Origin: Paraphysomonas bandaiensis
Lineage: Eukaryota; Protista; Chrysophyceae
NCBI GenBank assembly: GCA_965644295.1
Contig: CBFFRP010000262.1
Span: 1 to 61,295, forward strand
DNA length: 61,295 nt
Direction: 5' to 3'
The notes under the pieces were generated by a model. It did no database searches. It was not told the origin of the DNA and saw nothing but the letters and a program-made list of their open reading frames with translations. This document shows, piece after piece, positions 25,914-37,088 of this stretch. A program made the translations under genes and the position numbers. Position 1 is the stretch's first letter. Each line of letters starts with the position of its first letter.

Positions 25914-27093
25914 TTACTCGCTCTCGTATACGTCGTCGTCCTCACCTTTCCGCGATGCGAGACTGGCGGAGTACTCAGTCTCTATTAGCTCTGCAAGCTG
26001 GGATGCCACGGAAACCTGCACAATTTTTTCGCATGCATTTGGCGGAAGCGGAAGAGAGTCTGTGACTATCACCTTCTCCACTGGAGACAGCCCAATCAGC
26101 TCCATTGACTTCTCTGTGAAATGACCTAAAGTGTACACTCAGGAACTGCAAGTATACTATTTATCATCATCTACCATGTGAAGCACATATGTACACTTTC
26201 TTAGCTCCCTCCATTGCAAGTCTGTGACATACGCTCGACAGAGTTCCAGTGTCTACAACATCATCTACTACGATTACATCTGAACCCGCAACATTTCCCA
26301 GGAGACGGGTCACATTGCGAGGCGTCTTCACATTAGCATCATCGCTTCGGCGGAAAAAGGCCGCGATGCTTACTTCTTTTACACCTGGGGCACTTTGAAG
26401 CCCAATTTGATACTTTCTTGCCTTTTTTATGAAATCAGGGCTGGTCGCTACTATCGAGACTTTCTCGCTAAGTTCAACGTGTTCATGGATATACTGAATG
26501 GTTAAATCACTCGAAGAAACAGTTTCCACCGGGATAGTAGTATCAAAAAAACATGTCTCCTGTCCTTGTCCAGGGCGGTGCAAATCTACAGCTATAACTC
26601 TATCTACTCCCATGACGTTCATCATCTTGGAAAAATCTCCGGCAGCGGACCAGAGAAAACGGGACTGATTAGTTGTAGATATCGGCTCCCCACGACGATG
26701 GTACTTATACCCGAAATACGGGACTACAGCAGTAACGCGCATTGCACCACATCTCTTTGCACACGATATCATAAGTAGTAGTTCCATCATGTTGTCGTTG
26801 ACAGGAGCTGCACAGGGTTGGACTATGAACACATCTTTCCCTCTCAGCGACTCCATTGCTCTAAAAGACACCTCTCCATCAGAGAACCTTTTTAGCTTCA
26901 TCTTGGCTAGATTAATCCCCAACTCATCGGCTATACTACTGGCTAACTTCTTGTTCCCTGTGCCCGCTATGAGCACGACATCGTCTCTTATGTCGGGTGT
27001 CTTTGGAGCCATTGAAGTCTGCATCGACTGAGAGGTCAGTAATGCTGTGGCAGCAGCAGCCCTTGCAACAGAGAAGCAGCGGTTGGAAAACAT
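25914..27093 (-). CDS. Ribose-phosphate pyrophosphokinase (PRPP synthetase) family protein with a putative targeting presequence
   Basis: RFSDGE, VNDNMMELL, VPYFGY, VDLH, VVDDVVDTG, ASHG and VTDSLP motifs; one intron near 26127-26173. Confidence 0.9.
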
Positions 27094-27417
27094 GTTTTAT
27101 CTCCGCGTGCCTTGCACCCTCTTGTCACCACTGCTGTCTCCTCTCTGGCACATACATATATATGCACAGCAGCACCCAGACAGAGCTGTCCGTCCATGCA
27201 TTAGACTGGTATACAGTACTGGTATACCATGGTATACGGTACTGGTATACAGCAGCTGCGTAATGAGCAAAAGGCTGATATACACAGCATACCCCCCCGT
27301 ATACCGGTATACGTGCATATAAGCTGCATGCCCTCTCAGCTCAGTGACTCCTTATGAAACTGTTCAGTCAAACGACATCCATAGGCTATCATAACTGACG
27401 GTCTCATTTGTGGAAGA

Positions 27418-28686
27418 ATGTTATTTGCACCTGTTCTGACGAAGAAACTTGAAATCAACAAATCAATCGATTCACAAATTGCTGAGTTCAGTGATCTGAG
27501 GGCCAGTGATCCTGTGCGGTCGAAAGAGCTCTTCCAGATAGGCGAGCAGCTCGTAACTCTTGCTACTAATGGGGAGTTTCGAAAATTAAGAAGTATTATT
27601 GATAGCAGTGAAGCGGTGTGTGTGTGTCGAGTAAATATATTCTTTTAATTGTATAGCAGGGAGACATCTTGCCATACTTCACTTCTAAGATGTTTTTGGA
27701 GTCATTAGTTGGAGGGCATCTTATGATTGTATGTATAAATATCAATGTCTTCTATTATGAGGTAATTGTAAGTGTTAGGCGTCGTACATTATCGACAACG
27801 GTTACCCATTCAATAGCCCCTGTGTGCCTTGTGCTTTGCACGCTGCTTTAGATCGTGTTGATGATGAAAGGGGAGTTTCTATTGTGGAGTTTTTGACAGC
27901 AAAAAATATGGACGTCAACACACAGGTAGTGAATATTGATTTATTGTTTATTTTTAATTTTTTCTTGTAGTTACCTGGGTCTTGGTTGACAGCCTTACAT
28001 ATTGCCGTCAGGTTTCTTATCAATCACCACTTTACTCCCTTTGCAGTGACTAAAGTATACTTATAGGAGGCAATTATTGAGCACAGCAGATGCACTTCTT
28101 CGAGCAGGAGCAGATGTCAACGCAGTAGCTAAGGTTTGTTTTTCGTGGTTGTATCCAGTATTTGAAGTAAATGCAGGGTGATATCTTACCTCTGAATTCT
28201 GCGGAAGACTTGGCATCTTCCGAGGCCAGGGATGAAATGATCGCACTTCTTAAGTCCAAGTAATATGCTTTTGGAGCTCCAATTATATTATGCTAACTTG
28301 GTTTGGATTGCAGTGGGGCGAGGAACACCTGGAGGAGGAACACGGATTCCGTTACTACAACAACAGGTGTAAAAAAGATGGAAACCAAGTTTGTTACTTT
28401 TAGCGGAGGAGGGGCGACACTTGCCGGAGGTTCTACAACACCACAATCTTCTGGTCTTGTCTCAATGTCGGGGCAACACAAGGCGCCAGTAGCGCAAGCA
28501 GTTGAGTCTGCTAAGCCAACCTACGTCAAATTCCGTGGAGGGGGGCCTCCACCCACAATGCGATGCGAGTCGTCCACTCTCGCTATCAGTGGCTCAACAG
28601 GTAGTACTCACAGCACAAGCAGCAAAGTAGATCAGAAAACATACGAACGTAGCAGCGACGGGGGATTGATGTTTTCAACATCGTGA
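27418..28686 (+). CDS. Ankyrin-repeat protein, multi-exon
   Basis: Spliced segments DVNTQ..LTALHIAVR and LLRAGADVNAVAK..LPL. Confidence 0.7.
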
Positions 28687-29250
28687 AAAAGTTTCGGGTC
28701 AATTTTTACATCATCTCTAGGAAAGTAGACGGAAGAAATATCGCGCACGATACCGTTCTCAGTCAATATCTGTGGCGAAGTGTATTTTTTGGAATTATAG
28801 GATAATGTATAATATCTTACATATGTGGTCATTACAGTCGGAAAGTACAACATACACTCCTTCATTGGTCGTAGACTGCACTGCTTGCATTTTTGCCACT
28901 GTGAATTTGTTGGCTGATCCCACTTCGAAAAATTCACGATTAACCTAGCTATGTTAAGTACTGTGTCATTCATTAATATATTTTTACCACGGTTATTATC
29001 GGTCCGTGATATGATGGAGTTTAGATCTAGAATAAGAATCTGGTTCCATAAACGAGAGAAACAGTGACAAAAAACATTTTAATGACCATGGCAGCAGTAC
29101 CCAGGGTACGATATAAATACTATAATACAAAATGCAGATCAGCCACGCGAAACATTTGTCCTTGGAAAACATGATTTCCACGCTATATAGCTTCTCTATT
29201 TATTTAGCCCAAGAAAACATTGTATTAACAGCTGAATGCATCTAGTCCAT

Positions 29251-29946
29251 TTAGTGGTACTTGACTCCACCCATAAAATCTTTGGCTTCTGGTACTGTGC
29301 CGTTGAATTCTGCACCGGAGAAATCGAATCCCGGATGCTACACGAGCGTTAGTAGGATAGACACGCATTTCACGAAAAAATACTATACCTCGTATTGGAA
29401 CCGCTCCAAGAGCATTTTCTTCCTCTCTTCTTCCTTCGTAAAGTCATCAATCTGTTGTCCGCCCCGTCCTTTAAGAGCGCACGTCCATGTCTCAGCCTTA
29501 CACATTTTCTGAAGATTGATATTGAGTTCACCGTCAGCAATCATCCAGTACGACTCATCAGCTTTTACAATGCCACCAGTCTCCTCCTAAACACAGAAAT
29601 CAGAAATAGCCTCGCTTAAATATACTAATATTACGTCTATGAAAGGAGGAAGGCCCTTGAGTCCAACCTTTACACGATGCGGAGTAATGACAATATCAAA
29701 ATCGCTCTTTTTGACATGTTCAGGTGGCACGATATATATATTCACTTCATCCAAGGACTGCTCCCACTCATATATTAATCTTCCCTCATGCTCAAACCTG
29801 TACCTATTATCTTTTCCTTTAGCTGTCATTTTCTGTGGAGGTGGGGGGGGCTGACTAGCGGCTGCTGGACTGCTACTGCTAGATGACTCCTCATCGAAGG
29901 CATCGTCCTCAATTATTTTATCAAATCGACTATAGTCCACCATCAC
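29251..29946 (-). CDS. NudC-family CS-domain protein (NUDCD2-like), multi-exon
   Basis: YEWEQSLDEVNIYI and C-terminal LERFQ..PGFDFSGAEFNG..FMGGV; TAA at 29251-29253. Confidence 0.85.
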
Positions 29947-30318
29947 CGCAAAGAAATAGAGTTATGATTCACCACACGAAAGCAACGACAACAACAGGAG
30001 CAGTCTAATGGACCTTATTCGGGTATGGATGCATGTATACATGGGCATCATAACATCTAGACACATTCGAAGAAACAGGCAGGCTATACCGTATACCATA
30101 GTATACCCTGGTATACCGTACCATGTACTACAGCATAGCAGTAGAATTCTATGTGCATATTGTGTCTAGTCGGTATACCGCCGTATAGAACAGGAATACC
30201 CGTAAACACAGCCAGCTCTACTCTCGCTTGTTTCATATGGTCACATCCAGCTGCATGAAAGCCAGAGCGCTGAAGCGATGAGCCCGCTGACAGAATTCTT
30301 TCCTTAGGCATTTGAACG

Positions 30319-31785
30319 ATGTCAGTTTCTTGTAAGATGTGCGAGAAAATAATCGTGGAGGCGGGTGCGGTGGATGTATGTGTCAAGTCTAGACGGAAAG
30401 CACACAGTGAGTTGTTTTCGATGAGGAGAAACGGACCGAAGCGTCATCTAGTTCGTCGAATGTCATCAGTTAGAGATATTTCTCACAGAAACAAGTGCGA
30501 GTTTGATTACATCGTTCATAATAATATTCCTGCTGTATCAGTGTTAAGGAATCAGAGTGCTTGTGGAATATGCTCACTAGATTTAAGGTAAATGGGGATC
30601 ATTGTTATCATATTAGCAATTTCTAATATCTTTTAATGCAGAATTTATACTCATGAAACAGCAATTAAGTCTTCTTTAATTCTGTTACAAAGCGGCGAAA
30701 TCGCTTGCCAGCAATCTGTTCGTGGGAATATTTCTGTGAGCGATGCATCTGCGACTTTCATCGATTCGACTTACTGTTATGAAGACCTCAGTAGTATTTG
30801 CACTATTGGTACAGGTACATTTGGTCGAGTGAAGCTTGTGCAACATACTCCTACTGGGGAAGTCTTCGCTCTGAAAATAATGTCCAAGGCGAATATTGTT
30901 GCGTTTAAGCAGCACAGGAACGTTATAACTGAAAAGCAATTTTTATTGGAGTGCTCGAAGCACCCATTTTTTATTCGTCTATTCGGCACTTACAATCTTC
31001 AAAATCAGCTCTGTATGCTCATGGAGTATGTGCAAGGTGGCGAGCTTCTGACACATATGTATGATCGCAGTGATACTGTACCGCGATCTCCTCTGGGTGG
31101 GTTTCATTTGGATAGTGTTCGGTTTTATTCGGCCAACATTGTTCTTGCATTAGAATATCTTCATAGCAGGAACATTGCTTACCGAGATCTGAAACCTGAA
31201 AATGTTGTTATAGATAGGCAGGGATACCTCAAACTTATCGATTTCGGGTTCGCCAAGCGTATTCCGTCCTCTTCTGCAAGTAAGACGTACACCGTGTGTG
31301 GAACCCCAGACTATCTTGCCCCTGAGGTTGTATTATCTAAAGGATATGATAAAGCTGCCGACCTATGGGCCCTGGGGTGTCTCATGTTTGAACTTAATGT
31401 GGGAGACACACCGTTTAGTGACGAATTCATTACACAAATTTATCAGAAAATATCTGCATCAGAAAAACATTTATCTTTCCCGGAAGGTATGGACGGGAAT
31501 TTATGCAGTATTATAAAAGCGTTCCTACAGCCGGATTCTGCTCTGCGGTTGGGAAACATGAAGGGAGGATTTTTAGACATAATGAAGCATGGGTTCTTTT
31601 GTCAACTTGAGTGGGATGCTCTGAGAGATCGTACACACACTCCTGACTATGTTCCTGTTTTGAATAGTGAGACCGATACTTCTAACTTTTTTAATTTTGA
31701 CGACGTTACGCAAGCTGGAGATGGAATTATAGAAGATATCGATGAAGAGTATAGCGGAAATCAGAATTATTTTGAAGCATTTTAG
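30319..31785 (+). CDS. AGC-group Ser/Thr kinase, PKA catalytic-like
   Basis: GTGTFGRV, ALK, YRDLKPEN, DFG, CGTPDYLAPE and DTSNF tail; in-frame intron 30588-30641 links the N-terminal exon. Confidence 0.92.
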
Positions 31786-32606
31786 TACCTTGCGTAATGT
31801 GTTACATTATAAGAGAAACTTATAGAATTACCCTTTACTATCTGCGATTTATTACCGAGGGATAGATGTGTTGCAACCGCTCTCTTAGAAAGTTCCTTTT
31901 CGGAGACTCAGTTTTAATCATAAAACAACTACTATTATATCTGCTGTATAGTATCCATCTAAATAGCACATTATGTCTTTCCACTTTCCAGTATGAATAG
32001 TAGCAGCTAGCAGCATTCCATTCTTATATTATACAACATATTTTGCAGATGGTATTTTAGATTCTAACTCTGCTAAGTACATACTACACGTACGAATAGT
32101 GCAAGAAAGTTGTTTACTGTTACAGTTCCAAAAGATTTCATTTGGTCAGCCATTAAAAATTAAAAGTGAACGAATAGGAGGTCTAATTACCTACATTCTA
32201 CATACCTATCTGCTACCTTAGTGATGGGGGCCTGCCTATGCTACTATATATCTCTTTTTCTCTAACTTTGATCTATGCTGCATTGGTTTCAGTTTATCTG
32301 CTCTGTGGTCTTAGGTTATCAGGCCCTGGAATACACTAGGTTGCTAGGTTGAATCATTTACTACTTCGACTAAGTATTCAGACCAAAAATAGTGTGACGA
32401 GGTCATTACACCAATATGAATAGGTGGAATAGTATATTCAATGCTTTATAGCAACTTGTACTATACTTGGCAAATACTATTTGCATTTACAATGCTTAGT
32501 AAAACCTGAATACCGTGCTGCAACTAACTCATTTAAATTTAAACTTGTTTATCATTTAGTGTTTATCATTTAGTGGGTTAAAAATAAAAGCACTTACTAC
32601 ATATAC

Positions 32607-33053
32607 CTAGAGATGACAAGTGGAATATTCCACGTAATTCTCCAAGCATTGGTTATAAAATGCGACAGTTCCAATAAGAATACAAATTAACAAAACCAGA
32701 TCAAACCCCAATGCGTATGAAAATTGATCGTTATAGTGTCCTACCGCCAGAGCAATCCATAAAATTGAAATAACACTGATTGCGCTTGTCAGAAGGCCAA
32801 TACCATGAAGAGCAGGCTTTAGTGAAGCATATATCCAGAAGCAGCCTAATACGCCGAACAGCACCCATCTGTGTAAGATAAGGATGGCAAGGTTTTTGTC
32901 TGTAACTGTCACGCCATAGCAATCATAGGACGGTGCACACATGTACTGAATAAGGTTACGCAACGGAATAACGTTAGCGATCCCTACAATTACAAGCACT
33001 GTCGACGATATCGAGTCCCACGTGTCGCACGATACTCCCATATCTCCCATCAC
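32607..33053 (-). CDS. Small intronless four-TM membrane protein
   Basis: Four hydrophobic segments; YGV...NLAILILHRWVLFG...GHYN pattern. Confidence 0.7.
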   Translation of the reverse strand: MMGDMGVSCDTWDSISSTVLVIVGIANVIPLRNLIQYMCAPSYDCYGVTVTDKNLAILILHRWVLFGVLGCFWIYASLKPALHGIGLLTSAISVISILWIALAVGHYNDQFSYALGFDLVLLICILIGTVAFYNQCLENYVEYSTCHL

Positions 33054-33604
33054 TATAGGACAACTCGGTCTAGCCTGCTTTCAATCACGTTTTATATCTA
33101 GATATCAACACGAAGCGGTTCAGGATGCAGAGGCGGCGTAATATTCCCTCTAGAATATCTAGAGCTTCCTGCCTGAGCCTGCCTGTCATGGAGCACAGCG
33201 CTCTCATCTCAGCGTATCTGTCCACTATACAGGAGTATACCGCTGTATAGTGGGAACATCTAAACGTATCCACTGCTGTATAGAGTGATGTGCGGTACGG
33301 TCGAACCGGTCGTAGGATATTATACAGCATCATGACATCCCGCATCACCTCTAGAGCTCCTGTATACACTGTACCTGCTGTGTAGTAGATACTCTGTGCA
33401 TACAGCAGGAGTACTTGCATCACATACTGTACTCACTAGCGCAGTAAGTATCCTTGCCCTGTCAATAACCATAACAGCGTAGCGGCAGCAAGGACTGAAG
33501 TAAATATCCAGGTATCGATTGTATGAAGCACTCTTTGCCGCAGCTGTGACTCGCCCCTACATCTGTATCGTATCGTTAGCACTTATCTTCTATCGAGCTG
33601 AGCC

Positions 33605-35488
33605 ATGTCTATATATGTGATTTCGATTGAAGAAGTTGCCACTGGTAACCATGTAAGTTATCTAGAGCTCATCATCGACAAGAAGCTGGCCGGTATATTA
33701 GATACTGTACTCGATAAAGAGTCGCGTGCTTTACTTATCGCCACTCCTGATGATCAGTGTACTTATAGTGCAATCAATATCCATAAATCAACAACTCTAG
33801 AAGTTATTAGTGGATTGCGAAATAACGGGTGGACTTGGGCCAGCACATGTGCTCACACCCGCGAAGGCTGTAATATTCAACGCTTTTTCTTCGAAAAAAC
33901 TATGAACCTGCCTCCGGCCAAAAATTCTTCATTGGCCCCTAAAGATAGTGACACCGCCACCCCAGATGTGCCTTCCAATTTAGTCCAACCTAAGATTTCA
34001 TCGGATACTGCGGCACCACCACGACACAAAAGAGCTAGTATAACTTCTGGCAAATCAACGTCAACCGTATTCAAGCAGCTGGCGGAGCGAAGGAAGGAAA
34101 AAAGTACTAATTCGAACCACCCACTGGAGACTGTTGAAGAACCCCGTCAAGCAGCTGCGGGAAATGGAGATACTTTACCTCAACATACTGCATCCCCTTC
34201 TTCTGTTAAGTCGTCTGTAGATTGTGCTTCCAAGGATGATCCTGGATCGGGAGGAGTTAGTGGTATCGCCAGTAGGATTGAGGGAAACATTAAGTTTATG
34301 CAGCATCCCCCGGCAAAGTTTACGCCATCTGGTATGCACTTATCAATTTCTCTCGGATTCTGGTGTTACATTTGTCTGCTGTGTAGGCTCTGGCAGTGGT
34401 GACGGTAACCCTGGTCCTCCTCTTGAATCGCCAACACTAGTGGGTCTTACTAAATCCCGTCCTGTGACAGAGCGCCGTCGCCGTCCGACCGATAACGAAA
34501 GGCACTCTCTTCACCTGGCCAGTATGAAGAGACCTCTAGTACAATCTGCTTCCTTTGAAGAATATGACCCTAGTCAGAGATCCTCAGAGTGTGAGTAGCA
34601 ATATTTGTTCTATTAACTGATTATTTATCTATTTTTTTAGCGGCCAAGGACGCTTTGAAAGAAAGTAAGCATCTGATAGATCTTGTTGCTCCACTTCATT
34701 CTCCACAATCGGAACCCATTGGTAGTACCAGTACCACCAATGATCCTCCTCCTCCTCCTCCACCTGTCCGTAGTACTTCTCCTGCTCCAGCCCCACGGAA
34801 GACCACGGCCACCAATCCGTTAGCTTTAATGGCTTCCCGCCCCCCTCCACCCGCCCCTCCGAATAAGCCAGAAAACAAATCAGATCCTAGAGTTCCACCA
34901 ACAGCCCCGCCACCTGTACCATCGGAACCTCCTCCAGGTCCACCGCAGAATGTACCGGCGGGGGATGTGCTGCAGCCCCCGCAGAGAAGACGTAGTGGAA
35001 GTGGAGTCGCGCCACCCCCTCCTTCAATTCGTCCTCCTCCACCTCCTGCCCCGCCTGCTCGCCTTCGTACCTCCACTTCTCCTTCTCCCCCTTCACCTTC
35101 GCCCGACTTGGGAAGCACAAATGGGAATCCCTCAGAAGGACGACCACTGTCCCTTCAGCATGAACATCCGTTGAGTCCTGATACGAAGTCTAAGAACGCA
35201 GCATACTTTAAGCAAATGAAGGAGGTAAATAATTAAGTAGACATTATTTCTTCCTGAGATATGTATTGTTATCTGAAGGAGGAAGAAAAGAAGGCGAGAG
35301 ATCAGCTCGACAAACTAACTCCTGAGGAGCGAGAGGCGCGGATTGCTGAAGAAGAAGCTGCCAAAATGCACGAGAACAGCAAAGTGAGTCATTTCTCAAA
35401 GCTTGGAAAGACGTTTTCTCAAACGTCTAAAGTCTTGTCTGGTGGGCGTGGAGGACGTGGTGGAAGAGGAATTGGAGGTAGAAAATAA
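33605..35488 (+). CDS. Proline-rich protein with C-terminal helical region and RGG tail, multi-exon
   Basis: Four ORFs joined by plausible GT-AG introns; poly-Pro tracts; GGRGGRGGRG end. Confidence 0.7.
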
Positions 35489-35654
35489 ATCAAATGAAGG
35501 TCGCCATCCTTTAATTTTTGTTGTTATTATCATATCTCCCTGTTTCATGGATGTGGCAGGGATTTGATTTATGCTTGTAAATAAAGTAGATATCACCCAT
35601 TTAAAAATATTTCTTCTGGGCTTCAATAGCATTGATTACACTAAAACTCTTCAC

Positions 35655-35870
35655 TATAATATATAATAATGTCTGATTATTTAGCAATAGGCATGTAAGT
35701 ATTAAAACTAAACAGAGGTCTAGCACAGAGGTTGAAATCTAAGATGTAGGTGTTTGGGTTGTGAGGTAACGCCAGATGCCAGTGAGTGGGGGTTGGGCTG
35801 GTGGATCCTGGGTACTATGTGGAGCCGAGCTTGAGTCTACTTGTGACCCCAAGTAACCTCAGTACCTGGT
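35655..35870 (-). mobile_element. Retroposon-like 3' fragment, body type 2
   Basis: Tail ctattgctaaataatcagacatt plus AT run; body similar to 17690-17800. Confidence 0.55.
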
Positions 35871-36344
35871 ACGGACTCTTCACTTAATGATAATGGCACA
35901 CGCTCCTCAAACTCCTTTGTAGTTGCAGTATTCATGTATTCAATATTTCTGTTGCAGCATGTTGGTAGTAGAATACGATCTGCCAAGCTAAATTGATAGT
36001 TTGAAATCAGTTGTATACAAAATATACAAAGAGCAATTTACAGTTTATACTCTTCAGAAACAAGACTGATATGAAATGTGATGTGCGATAGCAGGAACAT
36101 TGCAAGAGGTATTGATGGCTACAGTAGTACCAAAAAGTGGCTACCGATTCTCCTGCATGATTCCCACTTGTTTAGCTGCACTGACTATAGAGTATGCGAA
36201 CTTAGTAGAATTAGTTGAAAATTTACTACAAACGATGCAGCAGTTATCTCAGACAAAAGACTATTCCTTTCGACATCCATCGGGCGGTAGGGGCGTAAAT
36301 TTTACATAAAAACATTTACTTATTTAAAATTTCACCCACAAATT

Positions 36345-36668
36345 CTATAAATCACGAGCAATGCTCACCGACTGGTCACGTTCAATAGACTTCACATACT
36401 CGTGAGAACGCAAGTACTGCAGTGCTTCGTCAGATGGATTCTGTACGGTTATCATCTTCAAATTTAACATTTCTGCAGCAATGTCAGCTGAAAACAATGG
36501 CTGGTTGGTGTCGACATGTCTGCTCTTGATATCTTCAATGAGGGATCTAGTATGCTCCGCCTTCAAGCTGCGATGCAACACAATGATATACGTCTGGTCC
36601 TCTTGGTCACTCACAGAGCTCATAGGCGAAAGCATTGCAACAAAGAGGACAATAATACCTAAGTGCAT
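36345..36668 (-). CDS. Secreted stand-alone peptidase inhibitor I9 (subtilisin propeptide-like)
   Basis: Signal-peptide-like MHLGIIVLFVAML, TYIIVL and LRSHEYVKSIERDQSV. Confidence 0.7.
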   Translation of the reverse strand: MHLGIIVLFVAMLSPMSSVSDQEDQTYIIVLHRSLKAEHTRSLIEDIKSRHVDTNQPLFSADIAAEMLNLKMITVQNPSDEALQYLRSHEYVKSIERDQSVSIARDL

Positions 36669-37088
36669 GGAGCCGATACGAGTAAAGGAGAGCGCAGTGC
36701 TATGATGAACCACTCTGCCCGGAGCTATACGACACACACGTGAGAGCGAGCTGCAGTGTGTTACATAGATACGCGCTCTGTAGTAGTTTATGTATTCCAG
36801 TTCCTACTGTACAGGTCAGTATTTCACAGTGCAGGAGTGTATACAGCAGCTGTGTACTGCAGCAGAGTGTAGCACAGTACTTCGTGATAGTAGCTTTCAT
36901 GTACACTGCAGCCTACAGCGCAGCACCCTGTGAGTTAACTTCCTGCACGATCCACCACTCGGAGGGAGCCTCATTAATAGCTACCACTCACTGACAGTGA
37001 CTGCTAATTAATCCGCCCAACTGTACAACACCGAAACAGGTGAAATATAATTAAACTGTGAATGGTTTTGATGTGATCCTGTGCGGTA

